A DNA stretch of 64,000 nt, taken from positions 111,926 to 175,925 of the forward strand of contig JACPSK010000001.1 in assembly GCA_016193335.1 (NCBI GenBank), given 5' to 3'. Below are positions 36,590-45,783 of this stretch, in pieces. The DNA comes from Candidatus Magasanikiibacteriota bacterium (GTDB lineage Bacteria > Patescibacteriota > Patescibacteriia > Magasanikbacterales > UBA922). Position numbers and translations under genes: made by a program. Every line of letters starts with the position of its first letter. Position 1 is the first letter of the stretch. Below the pieces are notes generated by a model. That model saw only the letters and a list, made by a program, of their open reading frames with translations. It ran no database searches and had not been told where the DNA came from.

Positions 36590-38106
36590 ACCTCTAAGGC
36601 TTTATGTAAACGTTTGTATACGCGCAAGGCGTTTGTTTTGTATATCTTCTCCAAAATATCTTCATCCAAGTTTGAACTCACTATTTTGCCGATAGACCAG
36701 GCCGGAGTCATAAGCGGACCATCGGCCGCATATAAAACCCGATCAGCGCCAAGCTCTTTTATCACCTTTGCCACGTCACTTTCACCGCGATGGGCATAGC
36801 TCGCGCTTATATCGACAACCAAATTTTCGATGCCTTTAAACTCGGGCATACGATCCGCCGTTATATGCGCAATAACAAACTGAACTTTTGGAAAAGCCCG
36901 AGCGGCTCCTGCCGCTCCCGTTTTGTGAGCCAAAATCGGCCAATCATGTTCTTCGGCCCAGCGCAGCATGGGGAGATATCGTTCATCATCAAGACCGGCC
37001 GGATAATAGTCTTGAATGGTTTTAATTCCCACGAAAGAAGGATTATTTTTGTATTTTTCCAATTCCTCCAAAGATTCCTCAACTCGTGTGGGGTCATAAA
37101 CAAGATAGCCAAAAATCCTTGGATCTTGTCGAGTTAATTCATTGGTGTTCGCGTTCCCCTGGCTCATATCATAATTAAGCGCCAATATGGAAGAAGATAT
37201 GACTGCTTCATAATGAAAATCGTCCAATACCTTCTTGAGCGAAGCCGCGTCAGTCTTTGGTTCGATTATATCCCAGCCTTCAGCGTGCCAATGTGTGTCT
37301 ATCTTCGGCCGTTCAATATGATCGAAGCCATATACATTTTTGTCTTCGGCAGACTCTGTTGAAGTATTCTCTGCCACTGAAAAAATACCGGCCAGTGTTC
37401 CATAAGATATCTGTTCCTTGTCTTTAACAGAAAGTTCGGCTGTATCCACCAGAAAATGGCCGCAGGACTCGTATACCACCGGCATATTGCTGGCGAGATA
37501 CAGTCTCTCGGTTCCGATTTTCTCTGCGAGATAAGCGACTCCGCCGAGTTGGACCAGATTACTGACATCAAAATAAATATGCGGCATGAGACTCGCTATG
37601 GTAATAACATCGGCCGTGTTGAGATATCCCCCTCCCCTCACCCATCTGATGAGAACCGGCGTTTTAAGCTCAGCCACCGCGTCCGCCGTCTCGGACAAAT
37701 CATCAAGGCTCGCAATAGCGATTTGTATGGGAAGTCCGGCTTTTGAAATTCGTTTCACCAATGCGCGGAATGTGTAATGCGTGCTCTTCCAAAATTGATA
37801 ATGAAGAAAAAAACTTACGCCGCGGAAACCCTGCCCAGCCAACGTTTCGATATAGTCCGATCCAATATCATAGTGCTGAGGATTGATTACTGCCATGGGC
37901 AGGCATCTGTTTGGATACAGACGAGAAAGTTCCAGTGTTTTGCGGTTGCCCTCGTACATATCAAAAAAAATGGCCTCAAGATTTGTGCTTAGACCCATAC
38001 GCGTGTTTGTCCTATCCATCATGGAAAGTACGCGTTCATTACTAAACTCAAGACCGTACTTCGGCTCCCTGCCAAAAAAAACACCGCCGTCAAAACGCTG
38101 TATCAT
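36586..38106 (-). CDS. Tandem amidohydrolase-2 (TIM-barrel metal-dependent hydrolase) domains; the N-terminal copy is degenerate
   Basis: C-terminal half: IDTHWH (HxH), VIAHIT, AADGP. N-terminal half has the same topology (ends LYLASNMPVV) but lacks HxH. Start at MIQRF gives an ATGA overlap with the upstream gene. Confidence 0.6.
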   Translation of the reverse strand: MIQRFDGGVFFGREPKYGLEFSNERVLSMMDRTNTRMGLSTNLEAIFFDMYEGNRKTLELSRLYPNRCLPMAVINPQHYDIGSDYIETLAGQGFRGVSFFLHYQFWKSTHYTFRALVKRISKAGLPIQIAIASLDDLSETADAVAELKTPVLIRWVRGGGYLNTADVITIASLMPHIYFDVSNLVQLGGVAYLAEKIGTERLYLASNMPVVYESCGHFLVDTAELSVKDKEQISYGTLAGIFSVAENTSTESAEDKNVYGFDHIERPKIDTHWHAEGWDIIEPKTDAASLKKVLDDFHYEAVISSSILALNYDMSQGNANTNELTRQDPRIFGYLVYDPTRVEESLEELEKYKNNPSFVGIKTIQDYYPAGLDDERYLPMLRWAEEHDWPILAHKTGAAGAARAFPKVQFVIAHITADRMPEFKGIENLVVDISASYAHRGESDVAKVIKELGADRVLYAADGPLMTPAWSIGKIVSSNLDEDILEKIYKTNALRVYKRLHKALEV

Positions 38107-39260
38107 AGACGTTTGTCCCAAATATTATCCTTTACCCATTGACCATATTCATTTTTCACCCATACGCGAGGATCTCTAAAACGATCACAAATTTTTTCGA
38201 ATTCTGAGCGAGGCATATCCACCATATCGAGCCAGGCTCCGATATCTCCCGGGACGACATGATCATAATTTCTAACCATTTCAATGCCCTGGTCTCGGGT
38301 GAGTATACCATTTCGTATATCGCGGCACGCGTGGTCCGTTGCTCTGCCATAACCGAATTTTATATACTTCAAATAATCGTGAACGCCGTTATCGTGAATA
38401 TCATTGAGATTGGAATCATTTCGATAGGTTCGGTCAAAAGGCTTGTCATAAAATTCAAATCCATACAAATCAACCATCAGTTTGGTATGTTCATGCTGTT
38501 TCCACCCGAAATAGTTTGAAATAAAAAGACCGCGCAACCCCACCCGTTCTATTTCTTCATCACTCGGATACTTGGCCCACAAAAGATCTTTTTCGCTCAA
38601 TCCAGTATCTTCTCCCACAAAATCGTACCAATCATAGCCTCTAAGGCTATGCTCTTTCCTGTATTTGGCGGTAAACTCCACCAAATCGTTGTATGAATGC
38701 ATGCCTCCCATGTTCATGAATCCGTGTTCTCCCCAGATGATAAGCGGAATATTGTACTTTACCGCGACGATAATGGGAGTCGTAAACATGCCGCAATGGC
38801 AATGCCAATTGGGATCACCCATTTTCATGAATCCGGCAAGATTGAGTTTTTTCAAAACACTGACGCTGGGAGTAAATTCAATGTAATCCACATCAAAAAC
38901 TTCTTTCATGCGCTGGATATTGCGCATGCCGACTGCGGTATGATTATTCTCACGATACGTAACCAAAAGCGGTTTCAGTCCGTATTCTTTGGTTATAATA
39001 TGGGTTTGATAAAAACTGTCTTTCCCGCCGCTCACCGGTATAACGCAATCATAACGGGATCCGTCTTTTGATCTCAGCTCTTGTACAAGGTCCCCAAACA
39101 ATTTTTTTCTCTTATCCCAGTCAACAGATTCTTGTTCGTCGTATGTTCTGCAGCCAGTACAGACGCCATTTGTATCAAAAGTAAGTGGAGTAGCGGCAAC
39201 ACCAGGATAGACGCATCTGGCGCAGTATTGCATTTTCGGAGGATTGATCATAGATATCAA
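38103..39260 (-). CDS. pseA: N-acetyl sugar amidotransferase (PseA/WbpG/WbuX family PP-loop ATPase)
   Basis: 385 aa. N-terminal Cys-rich Zn ribbon CARCVYPGVAATPLTFDTNGVCTGC; PP-loop SGGKDS; immediately upstream of the HisF- and HisH-like partner genes (WbuZ/WbuY arrangement). Confidence 0.8.
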   Translation of the reverse strand: MISMINPPKMQYCARCVYPGVAATPLTFDTNGVCTGCRTYDEQESVDWDKRKKLFGDLVQELRSKDGSRYDCVIPVSGGKDSFYQTHIITKEYGLKPLLVTYRENNHTAVGMRNIQRMKEVFDVDYIEFTPSVSVLKKLNLAGFMKMGDPNWHCHCGMFTTPIIVAVKYNIPLIIWGEHGFMNMGGMHSYNDLVEFTAKYRKEHSLRGYDWYDFVGEDTGLSEKDLLWAKYPSDEEIERVGLRGLFISNYFGWKQHEHTKLMVDLYGFEFYDKPFDRTYRNDSNLNDIHDNGVHDYLKYIKFGYGRATDHACRDIRNGILTRDQGIEMVRNYDHVVPGDIGAWLDMVDMPRSEFEKICDRFRDPRVWVKNEYGQWVKDNIWDKRL

Positions 39261-39347
39261 ATCAATAAAAAATGTGTCTAAAACAATGAGTATCTTAATC
39301 CAAAAACATGATGAGTGTCAACAAAAACCAAAAGTATTCCGAGGGAG

Positions 39348-40133
39348 TCAACGCACGGGCAAAGCATGTTCTTTGAGTTTCTTTTTCGCCCGAATATAAG
39401 CGTTTTCCGTAAAATTGAATATATTCCCCGCGGCCACGGCAGAAGCAGAAGTCCTGCTCATGACTTCCACAAAATCATCAAAACTCCCAGCCCCTCCGCA
39501 AGCGATAACTGGAATTGACAAGGCCGCGGAAACTTCGTTGATATAATGAATATCATAGCCTCGAGCCGTGCCGTCTCTATCTATTGAATTGAGGAAAATT
39601 TCTCCTGCTCCCAAAGATTCGACTTTTTTTGCGTATTCAATCGGATTTCCATGGACCAAGGTCCTCCCATTATCTATATACATGGAGTGCAGCCCGCCTT
39701 CTTCTAAAATATCAATGCCAACCACTATGCATTGGCTCCCGTATTTATCTGCTACCGCGCTGATAAGCCGGGGGTCCTTGTACGCGCCGCTATTTATGAT
39801 AACTTTATCAGCCCCGTTGGCAATGTACTCGTCCACTTGTGCAAGTCCATTTATTCTGCCCCCGAAGGTAAGCGGCATAAAACTTTTTTCCGCAATAGTT
39901 CTGAGAATTGCTATGACATCTGATTCACGTTTTATTTTATGGTCATCACGTTTTAAATCATGGCTTCCTTCTCGTGTAATGTCCACATAAATAAGTTCGT
40001 CCGAATTCCAATCAGTAAGCCGCTCCAATTGATTGATGGGATTGCCAAATTCCCTGAAATCAACAAAACCTTCGCTCCTTACAATCAATCCATTTTTTAA
40101 AAATAAAACAGGTATAAGTCTTTTTTTGAGCAT
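39348..40133 (-). CDS. Imidazole glycerol phosphate synthase cyclase-subunit homologue (HisF-like, WbuZ-type)
   Basis: MLKKRLIPVLFLKNGLIVRSEGF...: (beta/alpha)8 HisF pattern. No other his genes present, so this is the glycan-pathway paralogue. Confidence 0.85.
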   Translation of the reverse strand: MLKKRLIPVLFLKNGLIVRSEGFVDFREFGNPINQLERLTDWNSDELIYVDITREGSHDLKRDDHKIKRESDVIAILRTIAEKSFMPLTFGGRINGLAQVDEYIANGADKVIINSGAYKDPRLISAVADKYGSQCIVVGIDILEEGGLHSMYIDNGRTLVHGNPIEYAKKVESLGAGEIFLNSIDRDGTARGYDIHYINEVSAALSIPVIACGGAGSFDDFVEVMSRTSASAVAAGNIFNFTENAYIRAKKKLKEHALPVR

Positions 40134-40135
40134 AT

Positions 40136-40735
40136 TTAGACTGCCGAAAAACGGCGGATAATATCAAGACCAGAACGAAAAGATTTCTCCGGATGAAATT
40201 GAGTTCCGAAAATACGGCCACGACCCAAGGCAGCGGTAAATTGAATACCGTATTCACAGCTGGCTATTTCGTCGTCTTTATTATCGAGAAGCAGATGAAA
40301 ACTGTGCACAAAATAAAAATCCAGTCCGCTTTCTTCTTTGATAAGAGAATTTTCTCGAGAGATGTTGATGTTATTCCATCCGACATGAGGCACACGAAAG
40401 CCTGGCACGTCAAGACGCATCACCCGGCCGCCGACCAGATTAAGTCCGGGAGTTTCTCCCCCTTCCTCGCCGACAGAAGCCAATAATTGCATGCCAAGAC
40501 AGATGCCAAGCAGCGGATAACCTTCGGCTACTTTACCTTTTATGGCGTCTTCAAAACCGAGTTTACTGAGTTTTTCCATGCCCATCCGAAAAGCTCCGAC
40601 CCCCGGGAGAATGATGCGGTCCACCCCGTCCAGTTCTTCGGGTCGGTGAACTATGACAGAGGGAACTCCAATAAAATCACAGGCATTTTTGACTGAGGTT
40701 ATATTCCCCATGTCATAGCGGATGATCCCAATCAT
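40136..40735 (-). CDS. Glutamine amidotransferase HisH-like (WbuY-type)
   Basis: Start at MIGIIRYDMGNITSV (ATG complement 40735-40733). Catalytic GICLGMQLL (Cys), C-terminal HPE. Confidence 0.85.
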   Translation of the reverse strand: MIGIIRYDMGNITSVKNACDFIGVPSVIVHRPEELDGVDRIILPGVGAFRMGMEKLSKLGFEDAIKGKVAEGYPLLGICLGMQLLASVGEEGGETPGLNLVGGRVMRLDVPGFRVPHVGWNNINISRENSLIKEESGLDFYFVHSFHLLLDNKDDEIASCEYGIQFTAALGRGRIFGTQFHPEKSFRSGLDIIRRFSAV

Positions 40736-40772
40736 AAAAAAATAAAACAAAGGCTCCAAAAAAAAGAAAAAA

Positions 40773-41408
40773 TTATGTTTTTTCCAACAAAAACATGGAG
40801 TCCACATTTTCGCTATTCAAATAGCCGTATCTTTTTTCTTTGACTAAGCGAAGATTCGGAAAAAACTCGCGGTACAAAGCGCTGAAATCCCCTTTCCAGA
40901 GACGGTCCTGGTTGCCGCGGTATTCGATGGCTGTATGTTGAGAACTAAAATATTCAAAACCCCAAATATATTTCTTGCTGACGCGATATATTTCAGACAT
41001 AAAAGCCCGAATATCATCTGGCGAAACGTGTATCAAGACCCCTGAAGTGAAGACGAGGTCAAAAAAAACGTCTTTAAAAGGAATATCAAAGCCCGAACCC
41101 TGTATTATATTTATATGTTTGCTCAATTCCCGGGCTTTCTGCGCCGCGTATTCTTGAATTTCGATACCGTACAAAGGACCTTTTCCTTGAGACTGAAGAA
41201 GATTCAGCTGGTTTCCTATGTTGCATCCCACTTCAAGCACTGGGCCGAGCGATAAGCCGTTCAGGCACTCTGAGTTCATACTGGAGCGGCTTATTCCGTA
41301 TGTTGTTTCATAAAAAGCATCCAATTCGCTTGGAGTGCTATACGCGTTTCGATCCGAATAATCTTTGCCGAACTGGGAAGTCCAAAAATCTTCCTGAGGC
41401 GTGGTCAT
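40773..41408 (-). CDS. Class I SAM-dependent methyltransferase
   Basis: LEVGCNIGNQL (motif I). Overlaps the neighbouring genes by 4 nt. Confidence 0.65.
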   Translation of the reverse strand: MTTPQEDFWTSQFGKDYSDRNAYSTPSELDAFYETTYGISRSSMNSECLNGLSLGPVLEVGCNIGNQLNLLQSQGKGPLYGIEIQEYAAQKARELSKHINIIQGSGFDIPFKDVFFDLVFTSGVLIHVSPDDIRAFMSEIYRVSKKYIWGFEYFSSQHTAIEYRGNQDRLWKGDFSALYREFFPNLRLVKEKRYGYLNSENVDSMFLLEKT

Positions 41409-42088
41409 AGTGAACTTTTTTGTGCTTCGAGTATTTTTCGTACCGCTTCAAAATCTGCCGGTTCATCCACATCTACATTTTCTCCCTGTTCCATTGGGAG
41501 TACATCGATCTTATCCGCGACGACCTGTTTTTTCAAAATAGAAGTCTTTGTCAAAAATATGGCACCATTAAGTTTAAACAAAGGCGTCATCTCTTGCCTA
41601 TTGGTAAGAACTTTTGGGTACAAACGCTCATAACCGCCTTCCACTTTCGTCCAATACTGTCCATAGTCAAAAAAACCACTGACCACAGAATCAGAATCTC
41701 TTGAAAGAGCCATGTTAACGGCTTCCTCAATGCGCCGCGGCGAGAGCAAAGGAGAAGTTGGATACACCAACAATACATAATCCGGAATATAACGTTCTTC
41801 TCTTTCGAGATATTCGACCGCGTGTTGCAAAACCGGAAGGGTCGCCACGTGGTCTTCGGCCAATTCTTTGGGACGCAAAAAAGGCACTTCAGCGCCATAT
41901 TGCCTGGCAACAGCCGCGATGCCCTCATCCTCAGTGGACACCATAACTCTGTCAAGCAGAGATAAGGAACGAACAGTCTCTATAATATAGCCAATCATGG
42001 GCTTGCCAGCGAGTTCCTTGATATTCTTGCCAGGAATACCCTTTGAGCCGGCACGGGCCGGGATAATCGCGATAATAGTTTTTTTCAT
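41405..42088 (-). CDS. pseF: CMP-nonulosonic acid synthetase (acylneuraminate cytidylyltransferase family, PseF/NeuA-like)
   Basis: MKKTIIAIIPARAGSKGIPGKNIKELAGKPMIGYII: the CTP-transferase-3 N-terminal signature. Confidence 0.8.
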   Translation of the reverse strand: MKKTIIAIIPARAGSKGIPGKNIKELAGKPMIGYIIETVRSLSLLDRVMVSTEDEGIAAVARQYGAEVPFLRPKELAEDHVATLPVLQHAVEYLEREERYIPDYVLLVYPTSPLLSPRRIEEAVNMALSRDSDSVVSGFFDYGQYWTKVEGGYERLYPKVLTNRQEMTPLFKLNGAIFLTKTSILKKQVVADKIDVLPMEQGENVDVDEPADFEAVRKILEAQKSSL

Positions 42089-42101
42089 ACATGAAAAATT
42101 A

Positions 42102-43103
42102 TTATTCTGTCTCGTGAAATCCGTCTACAAAACGCATCAAAGTCTCTCGATCAAGCCACTGTGTATTGGTTTCACTCCCAAAATAAAAGCGTTCCGGAAG
42201 CGGCCTGCCTTCTGAGTAAGCCTCAGCATCCCACCAATCGTGCAGAGGTAAAACCACGAAATGATCATCAAATTCTTGCGTGTGTCTGGCCTCTTCCGGA
42301 GTTATCAATACTTCATGCAATTTTTCTCCGGGGCGGATGCCGATAATTTTGAGAGAGCATTCGGGCGCGAGATGAGTGATCATATCCTTAACTTTCATGC
42401 TCGGAATTTTCGGCACAAATATCTCTCCGCCGCGCATCTTCCCGAGCATACCCAATACAAAGGCCACGCCTTGATCCAGCGTCATCCAAAATCTTGTCAT
42501 CATCTCGTGAGTCAAGGTAATTTCACCGCTACCTTTTTGCTGTTTAATAAGAGAAACCAAGCTGCCGCGGCTTCCAAAAACATTGCCATAACGAACCACG
42601 CTTAAGGTAGGCCTGCCCACGGCATAAGCATTCGCGCTTATCATCAATTTTTCCGCGCACAATTTTGTGGCCCCGTACAAATTTGCGGGATTCGCGGCCT
42701 TGTCAGTGGAAATAAGCAATACCCTCTCAACCTTATTTTCCACTGAGGCCGAAACTACGTTTTGCGTGCCCAATATATTGGTCTTTATAGCTTCGAAGGG
42801 ATTGTATTCCAAAGCAGGTACTTGTTTTAAGGCGGCGGCGTGGATAATGAAATCAACGCCATTGAAAGCGGTTTTAAGACGTTCAAAATCACGCACATCC
42901 CCGATAAAAAAACGAAGACGCTTTTCAGGATCAGAAATCTGCGCTTTCATTTCCGATTGTTTGAGTTCATCTCTGCTGAAAACAATAATCCTCTTCGCTT
43001 GGCTCTGCTCCAAGAGCCTGCGTACACAGCGCTGTCCAAAAGAACCGGTGCCTCCGGTGATAAGGATAGATTTATTGTTCAAAAAATCAAAGACTGGATT
43101 CAT
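42102..43103 (-). CDS. pseB: UDP-GlcNAc 4,6-dehydratase (PseB/FlaA1/CapD family)
   Basis: KSILITGGTGSFG and STDKAANPANLYGATK are hallmark PseB motifs; 333 aa. Confidence 0.8.
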   Translation of the reverse strand: MNPVFDFLNNKSILITGGTGSFGQRCVRRLLEQSQAKRIIVFSRDELKQSEMKAQISDPEKRLRFFIGDVRDFERLKTAFNGVDFIIHAAALKQVPALEYNPFEAIKTNILGTQNVVSASVENKVERVLLISTDKAANPANLYGATKLCAEKLMISANAYAVGRPTLSVVRYGNVFGSRGSLVSLIKQQKGSGEITLTHEMMTRFWMTLDQGVAFVLGMLGKMRGGEIFVPKIPSMKVKDMITHLAPECSLKIIGIRPGEKLHEVLITPEEARHTQEFDDHFVVLPLHDWWDAEAYSEGRPLPERFYFGSETNTQWLDRETLMRFVDGFHETE

Positions 43104-43223
43104 AAACTACAGCTAAGGAAAATAAAATATATACACCGTTCCCTTTCTACAAATTTGTCAATCCACGCCAGTGTAACAAAAAAATTCTCCTCAGTCAACC
43201 ACAAAAATCTCTAGAGTAGACTC

Positions 43224-44216
43224 TCAAAATCCAGGTGTATCCAAAGCAAGCCGCAGGGCATTCTCATTCGAAACATGTATAATCTCTTCAAAGGGGAGAG
43301 AACAAGATTTTTTGGCTGAAGGGACACAACTGAGGACCGGCTTATCAGCCAGTACCGCAACCACCAAGGCCATACTTTCCATGCCCACTATTATATCTGA
43401 ACACAGAACTTCGGCAACAATATTCGGTTCATCAGAATATTCAATGGAAAACGAAGGTTTCCACAAAGAAATAAGCGAATGATAGGACTCTGGATTGTCG
43501 GCCGGATGAAGTCTCACCACGATTCGCCGCTCCCTTTTTGGTATGCTTGCAGATACGGCTCTGCAGAGTATGTCGAATACATCCGATTCTGTGTAACCCC
43601 AATGTCCGGGATCTCCAAACATACGCTCGGCTCCGAGGGATACTGGTTCTGAAATAAACAAAATGGTCTGTCTTCTATTACCTGGGCCATGTTCAGCTCT
43701 CATGTTCAGGCGGTAGCGTTTAATTTCCTCGCGCATTTCCTCAAAATATTGATTCGGAACCAAACGAAGCAACGGAAAATTATCCTTTTTTGCTTGTGCA
43801 TAGGCGTACTTGTCTCCTACCCATATCTCATCTGGCATGCGGGTCTTCCATTCGAGAGCAGGATATCCAAACCGCTCTTTATAATTAACCCAATGATCGA
43901 GATAACTTGCGGTCCGGATTCCTTTGTTACGCGCCATGATAATGGCCCGTCTTTCGAGATCCGTAGTCCAGCTTGTGCCGGTGAGGACCATATCATATGT
44001 TAGTTTCGAATCCGAAAAGCAAGCTTCGAGCGAGGTTTCTGTTGGCAGGCAGAGGTAATTCAATCCTTTTTTTTGAAAAATGTTCACGGCAGGACCGGAC
44101 ACAAAACAGGAAAATACATAATGATCCTTATTTTTTTTTACATAAGCAGAAAGGATCTCCGCGCCTCCCGCATCATGACAGACAAGCAAAACAGCCGATC
44201 CCGGTTTGATATTCAT
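43224..44216 (-). CDS. Hypothetical protein, possibly a GT-B-fold nucleotide-sugar hydrolase/2-epimerase (PseG/NeuC-like), uncertain
   Basis: Start at MNIKPGSAVLLVCHDAGGAEILSAYVKK (ATGA overlap with wzx). The N-terminus resembles the NeuC/epimerase-type start (ICVVTGTRAEYGLL pattern). Position between pseB and wzx fits the missing PseG step. Weak evidence. Confidence 0.35.
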   Translation of the reverse strand: MNIKPGSAVLLVCHDAGGAEILSAYVKKNKDHYVFSCFVSGPAVNIFQKKGLNYLCLPTETSLEACFSDSKLTYDMVLTGTSWTTDLERRAIIMARNKGIRTASYLDHWVNYKERFGYPALEWKTRMPDEIWVGDKYAYAQAKKDNFPLLRLVPNQYFEEMREEIKRYRLNMRAEHGPGNRRQTILFISEPVSLGAERMFGDPGHWGYTESDVFDILCRAVSASIPKRERRIVVRLHPADNPESYHSLISLWKPSFSIEYSDEPNIVAEVLCSDIIVGMESMALVVAVLADKPVLSCVPSAKKSCSLPFEEIIHVSNENALRLALDTPGF

Positions 44217-45736
44217 ACAGCATCCTGTTTTATTTTCAGTTCGCCATAAATCGAACGCAAAGTAAACCAAGGACCAGATCCCATTTTTTTACTGACAAAC
44301 AAAGCGACAAAAACATACCAAATCCCCAAAAAGATCGCCCAGACAAAAATCATGCTATTGCTAAAATGCGCGTGAGCATATCCGTGAACGCTCAGAGCCA
44401 GGATGAAGGTGCTCAAAGAAGCAACCCCTGTGCTCAATATGATTGGTTTGAATCTATAGACTGCGATACGCAGAATTGGTTTAGCCTGAAAAATGACAAA
44501 AAGACACAGGACGAACCAAGCCAAAGACATTGCCAGAGCGGCGCCAATGAGATCTCGCCACAAAATGCCGAAATACACAAAAATCGAAGACAAAAAAAGC
44601 TGCAGAAAACTGATTTTTACATTGGTGCCGGGACGGCCTATGGCGTTCAAAAGCGGTTTGACCATAGTAACCAAGCCTAAAAACACATTACCAGCCGCAA
44701 GTATTTTCAAAGGCAGAACCATAGAAAGCCAGCCTCTGCCCAGAAGCACAGAGACGATAGATCCTCCTTCAAACACCAAAAGTAAACTGAACGGTATGCT
44801 CACCATAAAAAAAACATCCAAGCTTTTCAAAAAGCCTTCCTGAACTTTTCCGAGTTCGTCTTGTATTTTGGCGTAAGCTGAAAAGGCGACTTTGTTCATG
44901 ATAGACAAAATCGGCCAAGAAATAGTAGTGGGCAAATCTCTGGCTCGTGAATATAACCCCAACTTGTTGGTATTGAGCAAACGACCGACGAGAATGGTGT
45001 CTACCGTGCTGACGAGATATTCGAGAATGGTATGAATGTATATCCATTTTCCATATCCAAAAAGATCTTTTAAAAGCCTGAATCTAAAATCAAGACGAGG
45101 TATATTAGGATACAGCACATAACTCATGATACCGCCCGTGATATAACGCCCTACATACCCAAAAAATAAAGCCCAGGCACTCGTGCTTATCAAGAGCGCC
45201 CAGGCAACCGCGCTTATGACATATACAATTTGGCCCACTGAATCTCTCAAGAATACTTTTTTGAAATCTAAATCTTTAAAAAAATAAATCTGTTTGTTGT
45301 TCGATAAGGACGCTATCACCACAAATAAACCGCTCAAACGGATGATGAGTTCGTGGTTCTGACTCACATGAAAAAAATCACTTATGAAACCTCCGCCAAA
45401 AAAAATAATAATCGCTATCACGAATGATTTCAACAAATCATAGGTCCAAACGACATCGAGATATTTCTCCACAGAGCCTTGTCTTTGAAGCAAAGCGGTT
45501 CCAAACCCCGGATGCGAGAAACGATCCATAAAGCTGGTGACCGTGAAAACCACGGTTATCACCCCATAATCCTCAGGCAGAAGTATACGGGCGAGTATAA
45601 GGAAAGGAATTATGTTGATTGCTTTTTGAAAAATGGTTCCCAAAATAAACCACTTGCCGCCTTGAACCGATTTGTGATAAACGCCTTGTTCTGGTTTTTG
45701 TTTTCTTTCATCCATACTAAAAATGGCTTTCTCCAA
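44213..45736 (-). CDS. wzx: Oligosaccharide flippase (Wzx, MOP/polysaccharide-biosynthesis superfamily)
   Basis: 507 aa, ~12-14 TM helices, Polysacc_synt-like N-terminal region ILGTIFQKAINIIPFLILARILLPEDYGV. Confidence 0.75.
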   Translation of the reverse strand: MEKAIFSMDERKQKPEQGVYHKSVQGGKWFILGTIFQKAINIIPFLILARILLPEDYGVITVVFTVTSFMDRFSHPGFGTALLQRQGSVEKYLDVVWTYDLLKSFVIAIIIFFGGGFISDFFHVSQNHELIIRLSGLFVVIASLSNNKQIYFFKDLDFKKVFLRDSVGQIVYVISAVAWALLISTSAWALFFGYVGRYITGGIMSYVLYPNIPRLDFRFRLLKDLFGYGKWIYIHTILEYLVSTVDTILVGRLLNTNKLGLYSRARDLPTTISWPILSIMNKVAFSAYAKIQDELGKVQEGFLKSLDVFFMVSIPFSLLLVFEGGSIVSVLLGRGWLSMVLPLKILAAGNVFLGLVTMVKPLLNAIGRPGTNVKISFLQLFLSSIFVYFGILWRDLIGAALAMSLAWFVLCLFVIFQAKPILRIAVYRFKPIILSTGVASLSTFILALSVHGYAHAHFSNSMIFVWAIFLGIWYVFVALFVSKKMGSGPWFTLRSIYGELKIKQDAV

Positions 45737-45783
45737 GTAATTGACAAACTCAAGCGTCTGGCCTATACTTTTGCTTATTCATT

